Positions 17,270 to 25,613 of a DNA stretch of 45,023 nucleotides are shown in pieces; the first letter of the stretch is position 1; each line of letters begins with the position of its first letter. This stretch comes from Patescibacteria group bacterium (GTDB taxonomy: Bacteria > Patescibacteriota > Minisyncoccia > Minisyncoccales > Staskawiczbacteraceae): positions 1-45,023 of the forward strand of contig JAKLDQ010000004.1 of the NCBI GenBank assembly GCA_022703425.1, given 5' to 3'. The notes under the pieces are model-generated. The model did no database searches. It was not told the DNA's origin and was given only the letters and a program-made list of their open reading frames with translations. The translations under genes and the position numbers were made by a program.

Positions 17270-18727
17270 TTAAGAAACCCAATATTTCTTTTTTGTCATT
17301 TCGTCTTCTTTTGTTTCAACCTTTTCTATTTGCTCTTCTGATTTTTCTGCCATTTTTTTAAGTTTTTTTTCATCCAATTTCCCGAGTTTTTGAACTTCGC
17401 TCAATAAAAATTCTTTGTCGTTTTTTTCAGGATCATCCAGCACATATTCCAAAAGGATATTAAGTATGTATCCTATTTTAGGACCTGGAGTGATTTTCAA
17501 AGTTTCCATTATGTCCTTTCCGTTTACTTTCAGCATTTTTGCAGAAATAGGATCCTTTGAAACCTTCTCTATTATATACTTTAAATGCCTCAATTTATAC
17601 GGCTCGGCTTTCGGCACACCCGATCCGATTCTGTCTGCCTGCCTGACCTGAAGCAGTTCTTCTATATTTTCCATTCCCACGTTTTTAACAAGCCTTCTTA
17701 CCGAAGATTCTGTAACCTCCCCGACATTGTAATAAAACAAATGATATCTTACAAGCTTTGTAATCTTCTCGATATCCTTTTTTGAAAATTTTAATCTGTT
17801 CAATATCTGAAATGTGACTTTTGCCCCCACGATTTCGTGATTGTAAAAAGTGGCGTTCTCTCCCTCTCCGGCTTTCACGCGAGGCTTTGCGATGTCATGA
17901 AATAACGAAGCCAGCCTTACATATACATTAAGCTTTTTCTTTGCGCAAAACTCCAAAGCTTTCAAAGCATGCTGGTAGCAATCATAAATATGATGCTTAT
18001 TTTGCGAAACTCCGTAATTTTCAAGAAGTTCAGGAAGAATATATTTGAGAAGATTTAATTCCCTGAGAAGTTCAATTCCTTCAGCCGGCTTTTCAGACAT
18101 AACAATTTTAACAAATTCATCCCTGATTCTTTCTTTTGACACTGCCTCAAGCCAGATACTGTTTTTTATTATGGCTTTTGCCGTCTCTTCCTCTATTTTA
18201 AAGTCCAAAGTTGTTGCCAGTCTGACTGCCCTCAGCATCCTCAATGCATCTTCTGAAAATCTTTCCTCCGGATTTCCAACAGTCCTCAAAATCTTCTTTT
18301 TCAAATCCTTCTGTCCTTCAAATGGATCAATAACGTCTTTTTTAAGACCAGAAGTTTTTATCGCGATTGCATTAATCGTAAAATCTCTTCTGGAAAGATC
18401 TTCCTGAATATTTTTTGCATAGACAACTTCATCTGGGTGTCTTTTGTCTGAATATTTTGCATCAGAGCGGTATGTTGTAATCTCAATTTCCTTCAGATTA
18501 TCTTTTGCGCTGTCTGTTATTACCGTAACAGTAAGGAATTTATTTTCATAAAAGCTGTTTTTAAATATTTTCTGGATATCCTCGGGTTTTGCGTTTGTGG
18601 CGATATCCCAGTCTTTTGGCTCTCTGCCAACCAAAAAATCGCGCACGCATCCGCCCACAATAAACGCCTCAAAACCCGCTTTTCCGAGCTCTTCAATTAT
18701 GTTTTTTATTTCCTTTGGGATAATCAT
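17270..18727 (-). CDS. cca: Class II tRNA nucleotidyltransferase (CCA-adding) with HD domain
   Basis: GGCVRD...DWDIAT, intact flexible loop RSDAKYSDKRHP, EDLSRRDFTINA, EDALRMLR, FHDIAKP. Confidence 0.88.
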   Translation of the reverse strand: MIIPKEIKNIIEELGKAGFEAFIVGGCVRDFLVGREPKDWDIATNAKPEDIQKIFKNSFYENKFLTVTVITDSAKDNLKEIEITTYRSDAKYSDKRHPDEVVYAKNIQEDLSRRDFTINAIAIKTSGLKKDVIDPFEGQKDLKKKILRTVGNPEERFSEDALRMLRAVRLATTLDFKIEEETAKAIIKNSIWLEAVSKERIRDEFVKIVMSEKPAEGIELLRELNLLKYILPELLENYGVSQNKHHIYDCYQHALKALEFCAKKKLNVYVRLASLFHDIAKPRVKAGEGENATFYNHEIVGAKVTFQILNRLKFSKKDIEKITKLVRYHLFYYNVGEVTESSVRRLVKNVGMENIEELLQVRQADRIGSGVPKAEPYKLRHLKYIIEKVSKDPISAKMLKVNGKDIMETLKITPGPKIGYILNILLEYVLDDPEKNDKEFLLSEVQKLGKLDEKKLKKMAEKSEEQIEKVETKEDEMTKKKYWVS

Positions 18728-18836
18728 TTTGATTTAATGATATTACCCTAAAATTTGCGTTTTTTCAATTTTTAGGTTAAAATTTAGTTAAAATCCGGCT
18801 AGCTGCCCTGATAAAAATTAATACCCGAAGTGCCGA

Positions 18837-18908
18837 GCCCTCATGGTGAAATGGATATCATATTTGGCTTCGGACCAAAGGTTGGGAGTTCGAGTCTCTC
18901 TGAGGGCA
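18837..18908 (+). tRNA. tRNA-Arg(UCG)
   Basis: Acceptor GCCCTCA/TGAGGGC, A20, anticodon arm TTTGG-CTTCGGA-CCAAA, T-loop TTCGAGT. Confidence 0.92.
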
Positions 18909-18950
18909 CAATGACGAAGGATAAGCACATATTTAATTAAAAAATTTAAA

Positions 18951-19337
18951 ATGAAAAAAATATTCTGGGTATTTTTTCTTTTATTAATCGGCGTAGCTGC
19001 GGCAGAACATGCTTATGCAATCCCTTGCGGAGTTGACGGGATTGTTCCCTGCGGACAGTATCCAAACTGTCCCTGCGATATTACCGACGTATTTATAATA
19101 CTGACAAATATTTATTTCTTTGTCGTCGCATGGATTGCAACTCCCCTTGCCGTAATAGCTATTGTAATCGGAGCTGTAATAATGATGATATCTGCCGGAA
19201 ATCCCCAGGCATTGGGCACGGGAAAAAAAGTTTTATACGCCGGAATTATTGGCCTTGTCCTAGTGCTCTGTTCGTGGCTCATCATTGATTTTGTTTTAAG
19301 CGCACTGGGATATCGGGGATCCTGGAATAGACTATAA
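18951..19337 (+). CDS. VirB2/TrbC-like (T4SS-type) pilin
   Basis: Signal peptide ending AYA, short 4-Cys segment, hydrophobic hairpin with ISAGNP...GKKVL..GIIGL.LVL.SWLII. Confidence 0.8.
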   Translation: MKKIFWVFFLLLIGVAAAEHAYAIPCGVDGIVPCGQYPNCPCDITDVFIILTNIYFFVVAWIATPLAVIAIVIGAVIMMISAGNPQALGTGKKVLYAGIIGLVLVLCSWLIIDFVLSALGYRGSWNRL

Positions 19338-19340
19338 GTT

Positions 19341-19453
19341 TTTCCCTCCGTTGTTTGTGCCTCGCCCTTGTAGCTCAATTGGCAGAGCAGTTGCCTCTTA
19401 AGCAATTGGTTCCGAGTTCGAGTCTCGGCAGGGGCACAAACAACGGAGGGAAA
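19341..19453. repeat. 23-bp inverted repeat enclosing tRNA-Lys
   Basis: 19341-19363 TTTCCCTCCGTTGTTTGTGCCTC versus 19431-19453 GGGGCACAAACAACGGAGGGAAA; 21 contiguous perfect pairs, and the single mismatch is G:U in RNA. Confidence 0.95.
19364..19436 (+). tRNA. tRNA-Lys(CUU)
   Basis: Acceptor GCCCTTG/CAGGGGC, anticodon arm GTTGC-CTCTTAA-GCAAT, T-loop TTCGAGT. Confidence 0.93.
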
Positions 19454-19456
19454 CCC

Positions 19457-19485
19457 TTTACAAAAGTATTAAAATAGAGTATACT
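19457..19485 (+). promoter_or_regulatory. Sigma70-type promoter of rpsO
   Basis: TTTACA, 17-bp spacer, TATACT. Confidence 0.65.
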
Positions 19486-19514
19486 ATACATAAAATCACA
19501 AATTTATATAAGTT

Positions 19515-19784
19515 ATGGCATTAGACACAAAAGAGAAGGAAAAAATTATCAAGGATTTGAATATCCATGAAAAAGATACAGGATCTGCCGATGTTCAGAT
19601 CGGTTTGCTCTCAAAAGAAATAGACAGGCTGGTTTCGCATCTTAAAAAACACACCAAAGATACTCATTCCAGGAGAGGACTAATAAAAATGGTCATTAAA
19701 AGAAAAAAGCTTCTGGCCTATCTTAAAAAGGAGGATGAGAAAAGATACTCTGCAGTCATTAAAAAAATAGGACTAAAGAAATAA
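19515..19784 (+). CDS. rpsO: 30S ribosomal protein S15
   Basis: HEKDTGSADVQIGLL, HLKKHTKDTHSRRGLIKMV. Confidence 0.98.
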   Translation: MALDTKEKEKIIKDLNIHEKDTGSADVQIGLLSKEIDRLVSHLKKHTKDTHSRRGLIKMVIKRKKLLAYLKKEDEKRYSAVIKKIGLKK

Positions 19785-19814
19785 ATTCAATAGCCGCTCC
19801 AAAAGTGCGGTTAT

Positions 19815-20330
19815 TTGATTAATCAGATGTCGCCAAAACCAAAAGAACAACGAGTTGAAGTATTGATTGATGTGCAGAATCTTTACCACTCTGCCAAAAA
19901 TCTCTACCATGCGAAAGTTAATTTCCAGGAAGTTTTAAAGCAGGCAGTTGCAGGAAGAAAATTTATCCGCGCGTTCGGATATGTCGTCAGGACAAAAACC
20001 GGTGAAGAGGCGCCATTTTTTGATGCTCTCTCAAAAATCGGCATTGAGACAAGAGTCAGAGATCTGCAGGAATTTTACGGAGGAGCGAAAAAAGCTGACT
20101 GGGATGTTGGGATTGTAATCGACGCAATAAGAACTTCGCCCGCACTGGATGTTATAGTTTTGGTTTCAGGAGACGGCGATTTTATAGCTTTGGTTGAGTA
20201 CCTGAAAAATCAGGGCAAAAGAGTGGAGGTTATGGCATTTGGAAGAACGACATCTTCAAAACTAAAGGAGGTCGCTGATGAATTTATCGACATGGATGAA
20301 AATACAAAAACATTTTTATTAAAACAATAA
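19815..20330 (+). CDS. NYN domain (LabA/DUF88, PIN-like) putative ribonuclease
   Basis: VLIDVQN, KKADWDVGIVIDA and VLVSGDGDF acidic catalytic motifs. Confidence 0.9.
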   Translation: MINQMSPKPKEQRVEVLIDVQNLYHSAKNLYHAKVNFQEVLKQAVAGRKFIRAFGYVVRTKTGEEAPFFDALSKIGIETRVRDLQEFYGGAKKADWDVGIVIDAIRTSPALDVIVLVSGDGDFIALVEYLKNQGKRVEVMAFGRTTSSKLKEVADEFIDMDENTKTFLLKQ

Positions 20331-20336
20331 TTAACA

Positions 20337-20427
20337 GCGGAAACATCGATATACTAATTTACCTTATTAAATAAAATTACGGACAAAATAAATTATTTAA
20401 CAGGGCAAGTTCGTATATCGGTTCCGC
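20337..20427 (+). promoter_or_regulatory. Long irregular stem-loop in the pnp 5' leader
   Basis: GCGGAA(ACAT)CGATATAC pairs with GTATATCG-G-TTCCGC; inner TTAAATAA/TTATTTAA helix; ends 10 nt before the ATG. Confidence 0.6.
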
Positions 20428-20437
20428 AAAAAAATAA

Positions 20438-22573
20438 ATGATAAAAGATACTTTTAAGTTAGAAGTTGGCGGAAAGACGATAACAATTAAGACTACAAAT
20501 TGGGCCGAACAAGCTTCCGGCTCGTGTTTGGTTCAGTGCGGAGAGACAGAGGTTCTAGCAAACGTAACAATGTCTCCAAAAAATGTTGATGGACAGGACT
20601 TTTTTCCTTTGACTGTTGAATATGAGGAAAAGTTTTATGCCGCCGGCAAGATTTACGGTTCAAGATTTATTAGAAGAGAGTCAAGGCCGACCGACGAAGC
20701 AATATTGAGCGGAAGAATGATTGATCGTGCGCTGAGGCCGAGATTTCCCAAAGATTTTAAAAGAGAGGTTCAGATAATTGTAACCTGCCTTTCATGGGAT
20801 GGAGAAAACGACCCAGATATTTTGGGTTTGATTGCCGCTTCCTTTGCGCTCTCAATTTCTCAAATTCCTTTCAACGGACCTGTGGCTGCGGCAAGGATAG
20901 GCAGGATAAATGGAGAATGGATTATAAATCCGACATATAAACAGAGAATAGAATCTGAAATGGATTTTACTTTGGCTGCAATTGAAACAAAAGAGGAAGG
21001 ATTTCTGATAAACATGATCGAAATGGGCGGAAAAGAAGTTTTGGAAAAGGATGTTCTCGAAGCCACAAAAATTGCAGAAAAAGAACTCACAAAAATTATT
21101 GATTTTCAGAGAAAATCCGCACAAAAAATCGGCAAAGAAAAAATTTCCGTCGAGTCGGCTGTTGAAAAAGATATAGAAAAAGAAATCAAAAGATTTTTGG
21201 GTGACAGGTTGGAAAAAGCCGTCAATGAAGCCGAACCGAAAGAGAAGAGCCTTGGGAAAATCGATGAGCTAAGAGAAGAGACGGCAAAACATATTGAAGA
21301 AAAATTTCCGGGAAAAGGGAGGCAGGTTTTACCGTATTTTGAAGACGAAACAGAAAAAATAATTACAAAAAATGCAATTGAGAAAGGTAAAAGGCCTGAC
21401 GGCAGGAACGTTGATGAAATCAGAAAAATTTCAGCCGAGGTTTCGGTGCTCCCAAGAACACACGGATCATCCCTCTTTTACAGAGGTCTTACACACGTTC
21501 TTTCAATCCTTACTTTAGGAGGCCCTGCAGACCAGCAAATATTGGAGGGGATGGAAATTGTGGGAAAGAAGAGGTTTTTGCACCATTATAATTTTCCGCC
21601 TTATTCATCAGGAGAAACAGCTCCGATAAGAGGCCCGAAAAGAAGAGAAATCGGGCACGGAAATCTGGCTGAGAAAGCTTTGTTGCCCGTCATCCCTGAT
21701 GTGGATAAATTTCCATATACAATAAGAATTGTTTCTGAAGTTGTTTCAAGCAACGGATCCACTTCAATGGCTTCAACCTGCGCAGCATGTCTTGCATTAA
21801 TGGATGCAGGAGTGCCGATAAAAGAACCCGTTGCAGGAATTTCAATCGGATTAATGAAAGACGATGAAACCAAAAAATATAAACTGCTGACAGATATACA
21901 GGGGCCGGAAGACCATTATGGAGATATGGACTTTAAGGTTGCCGGGACAAGGAACGGAATTACAGCAATACAGATGGATACAAAAATAGACGGACTAAGC
22001 ATTGGCATAATAGAAGAGGCGCTGGAAAAAGCAAAGAGTGCAAGAATGCAAATTCTTGATATAATAAAGAAAACAATTCCGGAACCCAGAAAAAATTTGT
22101 CTCCTTACGCTCCAAAAATCTTCACCCTGCAGATTAATCCTTCCAAAATCGGAGAAGTTGTAGGGCCAAAAGGAAGCGTTATAAACAAGATAATTGAGGA
22201 ATTTGGAGTAACAATAGATATTGAGGACACCGGGTTTGTGTTTATAACCGGTGTTGATGAAAAAGGGGTAGAAGGCGCAGTAAACAAAATCAGAAGCATT
22301 GTCAAAGAAGTTCAGATTGGGGAAACATTTCAGGGAACCGTCAGAAAAATAATGGACTTTGGCGCATTTGTTGATATTCTCCCCGGACAGTCCGGGCTGG
22401 TACACATTTCAAACTTTGTTCCATATAAAATAAACAAAGTTGAAGACGTTGTAAAAGTAGGCGATATAATCCCCGTGAAAGTCGTCTCCATAGACGAACT
22501 TGGCAGAATAAATCTTTCTGCATCTGAAGCAGGATTTAAGCCCCGAAAGAAACCGTTTTTCGGAAAAAAATAA
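20438..22573 (+). CDS. pnp: Polyribonucleotide nucleotidyltransferase (PNPase)
   Basis: DFFPLTVEYEE, RREIGHG, SSNGSTSMAS, GDMDFKVAGT, KH and S1 domains. Confidence 0.98.
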   Translation: MIKDTFKLEVGGKTITIKTTNWAEQASGSCLVQCGETEVLANVTMSPKNVDGQDFFPLTVEYEEKFYAAGKIYGSRFIRRESRPTDEAILSGRMIDRALRPRFPKDFKREVQIIVTCLSWDGENDPDILGLIAASFALSISQIPFNGPVAAARIGRINGEWIINPTYKQRIESEMDFTLAAIETKEEGFLINMIEMGGKEVLEKDVLEATKIAEKELTKIIDFQRKSAQKIGKEKISVESAVEKDIEKEIKRFLGDRLEKAVNEAEPKEKSLGKIDELREETAKHIEEKFPGKGRQVLPYFEDETEKIITKNAIEKGKRPDGRNVDEIRKISAEVSVLPRTHGSSLFYRGLTHVLSILTLGGPADQQILEGMEIVGKKRFLHHYNFPPYSSGETAPIRGPKRREIGHGNLAEKALLPVIPDVDKFPYTIRIVSEVVSSNGSTSMASTCAACLALMDAGVPIKEPVAGISIGLMKDDETKKYKLLTDIQGPEDHYGDMDFKVAGTRNGITAIQMDTKIDGLSIGIIEEALEKAKSARMQILDIIKKTIPEPRKNLSPYAPKIFTLQINPSKIGEVVGPKGSVINKIIEEFGVTIDIEDTGFVFITGVDEKGVEGAVNKIRSIVKEVQIGETFQGTVRKIMDFGAFVDILPGQSGLVHISNFVPYKINKVEDVVKVGDIIPVKVVSIDELGRINLSASEAGFKPRKKPFFGKK

Positions 22574-22589
22574 ACTAAATTCAAAGCAA

Positions 22590-23597
22590 ATGGCAACAGA
22601 AGCCGAAGAACTACAAGCAAAAGAGTTTTTAAAAAGAGTAGAAGTTCGGACCATGAAAAAGGATCTTCGCGCCTTGCGGGAAGCCGATGCTTTAAAAGAA
22701 AGAGATAAGATTATTAAATCGAAAACTTCCGAAGAGCAGAAACTGGAAAAAATCAAAAAAGAAGACGAGGAGAGAAAAATAAAGGAAAGAATTGAAAGAG
22801 AAAAGATATTGCAACAAAATGTAACGGAAGAAAGAGAAGCAGAAAAACAGGTAAAAGAGTACGCAGAGGAATCCGAAAAACAGCAAATCTTTTTACTGGA
22901 GGCGAAAAGACTGGGGCTGGAGAAGAAGCTGGATACTCTGGAAAAACTGCAGGAGCCGGAAATTATTCTGGAAAAAAACAAGGCTGAGGTTGAAAAGAGA
23001 AGACTCGAGGATAAGCTTAAATCAATCGTTGAAGACGAGTCCAAAATAGAAGGAGAGCAAAACTTTGTTGACGAAAAGGAAAAGCAGAGCAACGTTCCGT
23101 CCGATAAAAAATCTCTGGAACAAAGAAGAGGCGAGCTGGAGCAAACAAGGCAGGAATCTGAAAAGAAAAGATGGACAGTTGAAAAAGAGGTTCAGGAAAG
23201 CGACGGGCAAATCCAGGAAGCAGACAAAAAACTCGGAGAGATTTCTTCTGAAAAAAATAAGCTGAGAAAAGAAATTTCTGATGTTGACGCGTCTCTCCGC
23301 CAGATTTATTCTTCAATTATCGAAAGGGTAGAAGAAAAAAAACGAGGAGAAAGCGAGCAACAAAAAATAGAAGCTCTCAGAACATCGGACATAAAAGCCC
23401 AGCAGAAAGAGCAAATAAGAAGGCGGCAGTGGCAGGGGGCAGAACCGAAAGAAAAGGAATTTCTTAAAAAAATACCAATACAGGCAAGAGAAAAAATATT
23501 TCAGGAAACGCAGAGCGAAGAAGACCGCAGAAAAGAATTTTTGCAAAATATCGAAAAACAGGCGCAAGAAGAAAGCAAAAACAAACCCCAAATATAA
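22590..23597 (+). CDS. Hypothetical highly charged coiled-coil protein
   Basis: 335 aa dominated by E/K/Q/R, no hydrophobic segment; starts 16 bp after pnp. Confidence 0.75.
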   Translation: MATEAEELQAKEFLKRVEVRTMKKDLRALREADALKERDKIIKSKTSEEQKLEKIKKEDEERKIKERIEREKILQQNVTEEREAEKQVKEYAEESEKQQIFLLEAKRLGLEKKLDTLEKLQEPEIILEKNKAEVEKRRLEDKLKSIVEDESKIEGEQNFVDEKEKQSNVPSDKKSLEQRRGELEQTRQESEKKRWTVEKEVQESDGQIQEADKKLGEISSEKNKLRKEISDVDASLRQIYSSIIERVEEKKRGESEQQKIEALRTSDIKAQQKEQIRRRQWQGAEPKEKEFLKKIPIQAREKIFQETQSEEDRRKEFLQNIEKQAQEESKNKPQI

Positions 23598-23641
23598 GTA
23601 ATCATTTGCCAAGTTGCCGAACTAATCAAAATAATTGAATT

Positions 23642-24025
23642 TTGGTCTGGGGGCGAGCTGGTCTGCAGGTGAACAAGAAAATAATAGAAGAATTAAAAGA
23701 GAAACTTGAAGCGCAAAAAGCTTCTTTGGAAAAAGAACTTGAGAGTTTTGCAAAAAAAGATGACGTTCCGAAAGGAGACTGGGAGACAAAATTTCCCAAC
23801 CGGGAGAATGGAAATATGGAGGAGGAAGCAGATGAAGTACAAGAGTATGACAACATGCTTTCTGTGGAGCACAATATGGAACTAAGATTAAAAGATATAA
23901 ACTCCGCTCTCAAAAAAATCGAGGGTGATGAATACGGAAAATGCGAAAGTTGTGGAAAAGAAATCGAAGAAGAAAGGTTAAGAGCTGTTCCTGAAGCAAA
24001 ACTCTGCATCAAGTGCAATAAATAA
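23642..24025 (+). CDS. DksA/TraR family C4 zinc-finger protein
   Basis: EEEADEV coiled-coil tip; YGKCESCG...ERLRAVPEAKLCIKC; the real start may be GTG at 23669. Confidence 0.88.
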   Translation: MVWGRAGLQVNKKIIEELKEKLEAQKASLEKELESFAKKDDVPKGDWETKFPNRENGNMEEEADEVQEYDNMLSVEHNMELRLKDINSALKKIEGDEYGKCESCGKEIEEERLRAVPEAKLCIKCNK

Positions 24026-24030
24026 TATAC

Positions 24031-24052
24031 AACCCGGGGCATGCCCCGGGTT
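24031..24052. repeat. Perfect 22-bp palindrome followed by a T-run
   Basis: AACCCGGGGCATGCCCCGGGTT. Confidence 0.85.
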
Positions 24053-24058
24053 TTTAAT

Positions 24059-25579
24059 ATGCCAAGTAAAGTTTATTCAGGTTCAATTGTCGGACTTGAT
24101 GCAAAATTGGTTGAGGTAGAAATTGATGTGTCCCAAGGGCTTCGTTCGTTTTCAATTGTAGGCCTTCCAGATAAAGCTGTTGAAGAATCGAAAGAAAGAA
24201 TTGAAGCTGCGATCAAAAGCACAAAATTGCTTTCGCCCCAAAGCAGAACATCCAGGGTTTTGGTAAACCTGGCTCCAGCAGACCTGAAAAAAGAAGGATC
24301 CTTGTATGATTTGCCGATTGCATTGGCATTTTTAATTGCTTCAAAACAAACAAAATTTGATTCTGAAAATAAAATGTTTTTGGGCGAGCTCTCTTTGGAT
24401 GGAAAACTGAGGCCGGTTAAAGGAGCTCTTTCTTTTACTCTTTTATGCAAGGAAAAAGGAATCAAAGAAATTATTTTGCCAAGACAAAATGCAAAAGAAG
24501 CCTCCCTAATTAAGGAGGTAAGAGCGATTGGAGTCGAATCAATATCCGATACGCTCGCCTACCTTGAAAACAGAAAATCAATTGAACCGCATATTGCAAA
24601 TGAAAATGATTTTGGCCAGGGCTCTGATGATTTTATCGATATCGGCTGGGTAAAGGGACAGGAATATGCAAAAAGAGCGCTGGAAATTACTGCCGCCGGC
24701 TCACATAATTTATTTTTTTTCGGCCCTCCGGGCGGAGGGAAAAGCCTTCTTGCAAAATCACTTCCGTCCGTTTTGCCAAAATTAAATTTTGAAGAATCGC
24801 TTGAAGTTACAAAAATTTACAGTGTTGCCGGCCTGTTAAAAGAAGGACAAACCTTGGTTAACTTCCGTCCTTTCCGGGCACCGCATCATATTTCCTCAGA
24901 GGTAGCCTTGATGGGAGGAGGAAGCCCGCCAAGGCCAGGCGAAATAACCTTGGCACACAGAGGCGTTTTGTTTTTAGATGAATTTCCGGAGTTTCACAGG
25001 GATGTTTTGGAATCATTGAGACAGCCGATAGAGGAAGGTAAAATTACAGTCTCGCGCGCAAAAAGCGCTTTTACCTATCCTGCAAGATTTATGCTGGTTG
25101 GGGCATCCAACCCCTGCCCGTGCGGATTTTTCGGAAGCCCTGATAAAAATTGCACATGTTCTCCATCTCAAGTTTCAATGTATAAAAGAAAGCTTTCCGG
25201 GCCTTTAATGGACAGGGTAGATCTGTTTTTAGAAGTTCCTGCTGTTAAATATGAAAAGCTTGTATCTGATTCGTCTGAAAATCAAAGCCAGCTGATACGC
25301 CAGAAAATTGAAAATGCAAGGAAAATGCAGGAACAAAGATTCAAAGGAACAAAAATTCTGGTTAATTCCGAAATGAATATTCCGGAAATTAAAAAATTCT
25401 GCCAGCACGATTTTAACTCCCAAAATTTATTGAAAAAATATGTCGATTCGGGAAAGCTGTCTGCGAGAGGATATCACAGAGTGCTAAAAGTTGCCCGGTC
25501 AATTGCTGATTTGGAACAATCAGAAGGCATTAAATACGAGCATATTGCAGAGGCGCTGATGTACCGGCTTAAAGATTGA
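24059..25579 (+). CDS. comM: YifB/ComM Mg-chelatase-like AAA+ ATPase
   Basis: VGLPDKAVEES, NLAPADLKKEG, GPPGGGKS, GEITLAHRGVLFLDEFPEF, NPCPCG, LSARGYHRVLKVARSIADL; ATG 24059 preferred because ATG 24041 lies inside the palindrome. Confidence 0.92.
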   Translation: MPSKVYSGSIVGLDAKLVEVEIDVSQGLRSFSIVGLPDKAVEESKERIEAAIKSTKLLSPQSRTSRVLVNLAPADLKKEGSLYDLPIALAFLIASKQTKFDSENKMFLGELSLDGKLRPVKGALSFTLLCKEKGIKEIILPRQNAKEASLIKEVRAIGVESISDTLAYLENRKSIEPHIANENDFGQGSDDFIDIGWVKGQEYAKRALEITAAGSHNLFFFGPPGGGKSLLAKSLPSVLPKLNFEESLEVTKIYSVAGLLKEGQTLVNFRPFRAPHHISSEVALMGGGSPPRPGEITLAHRGVLFLDEFPEFHRDVLESLRQPIEEGKITVSRAKSAFTYPARFMLVGASNPCPCGFFGSPDKNCTCSPSQVSMYKRKLSGPLMDRVDLFLEVPAVKYEKLVSDSSENQSQLIRQKIENARKMQEQRFKGTKILVNSEMNIPEIKKFCQHDFNSQNLLKKYVDSGKLSARGYHRVLKVARSIADLEQSEGIKYEHIAEALMYRLKD

Positions 25580-25585
25580 TTGTAA

Positions 25586-25613
25586 TAAAAAACGGGGCAC
25601 GCCCCGTTTTTTA
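25586..25613. terminator. Bidirectional terminator between the convergent comM and M23 genes
   Basis: TAAAAAACGGGGC-AC-GCCCCGTTTTTTA. Confidence 0.8.

Noticed and set aside
22409-23092. 227-aa minus-strand ORF
   Set aside because: Antisense shadow of the pnp end and the E/K-rich coiled-coil gene.
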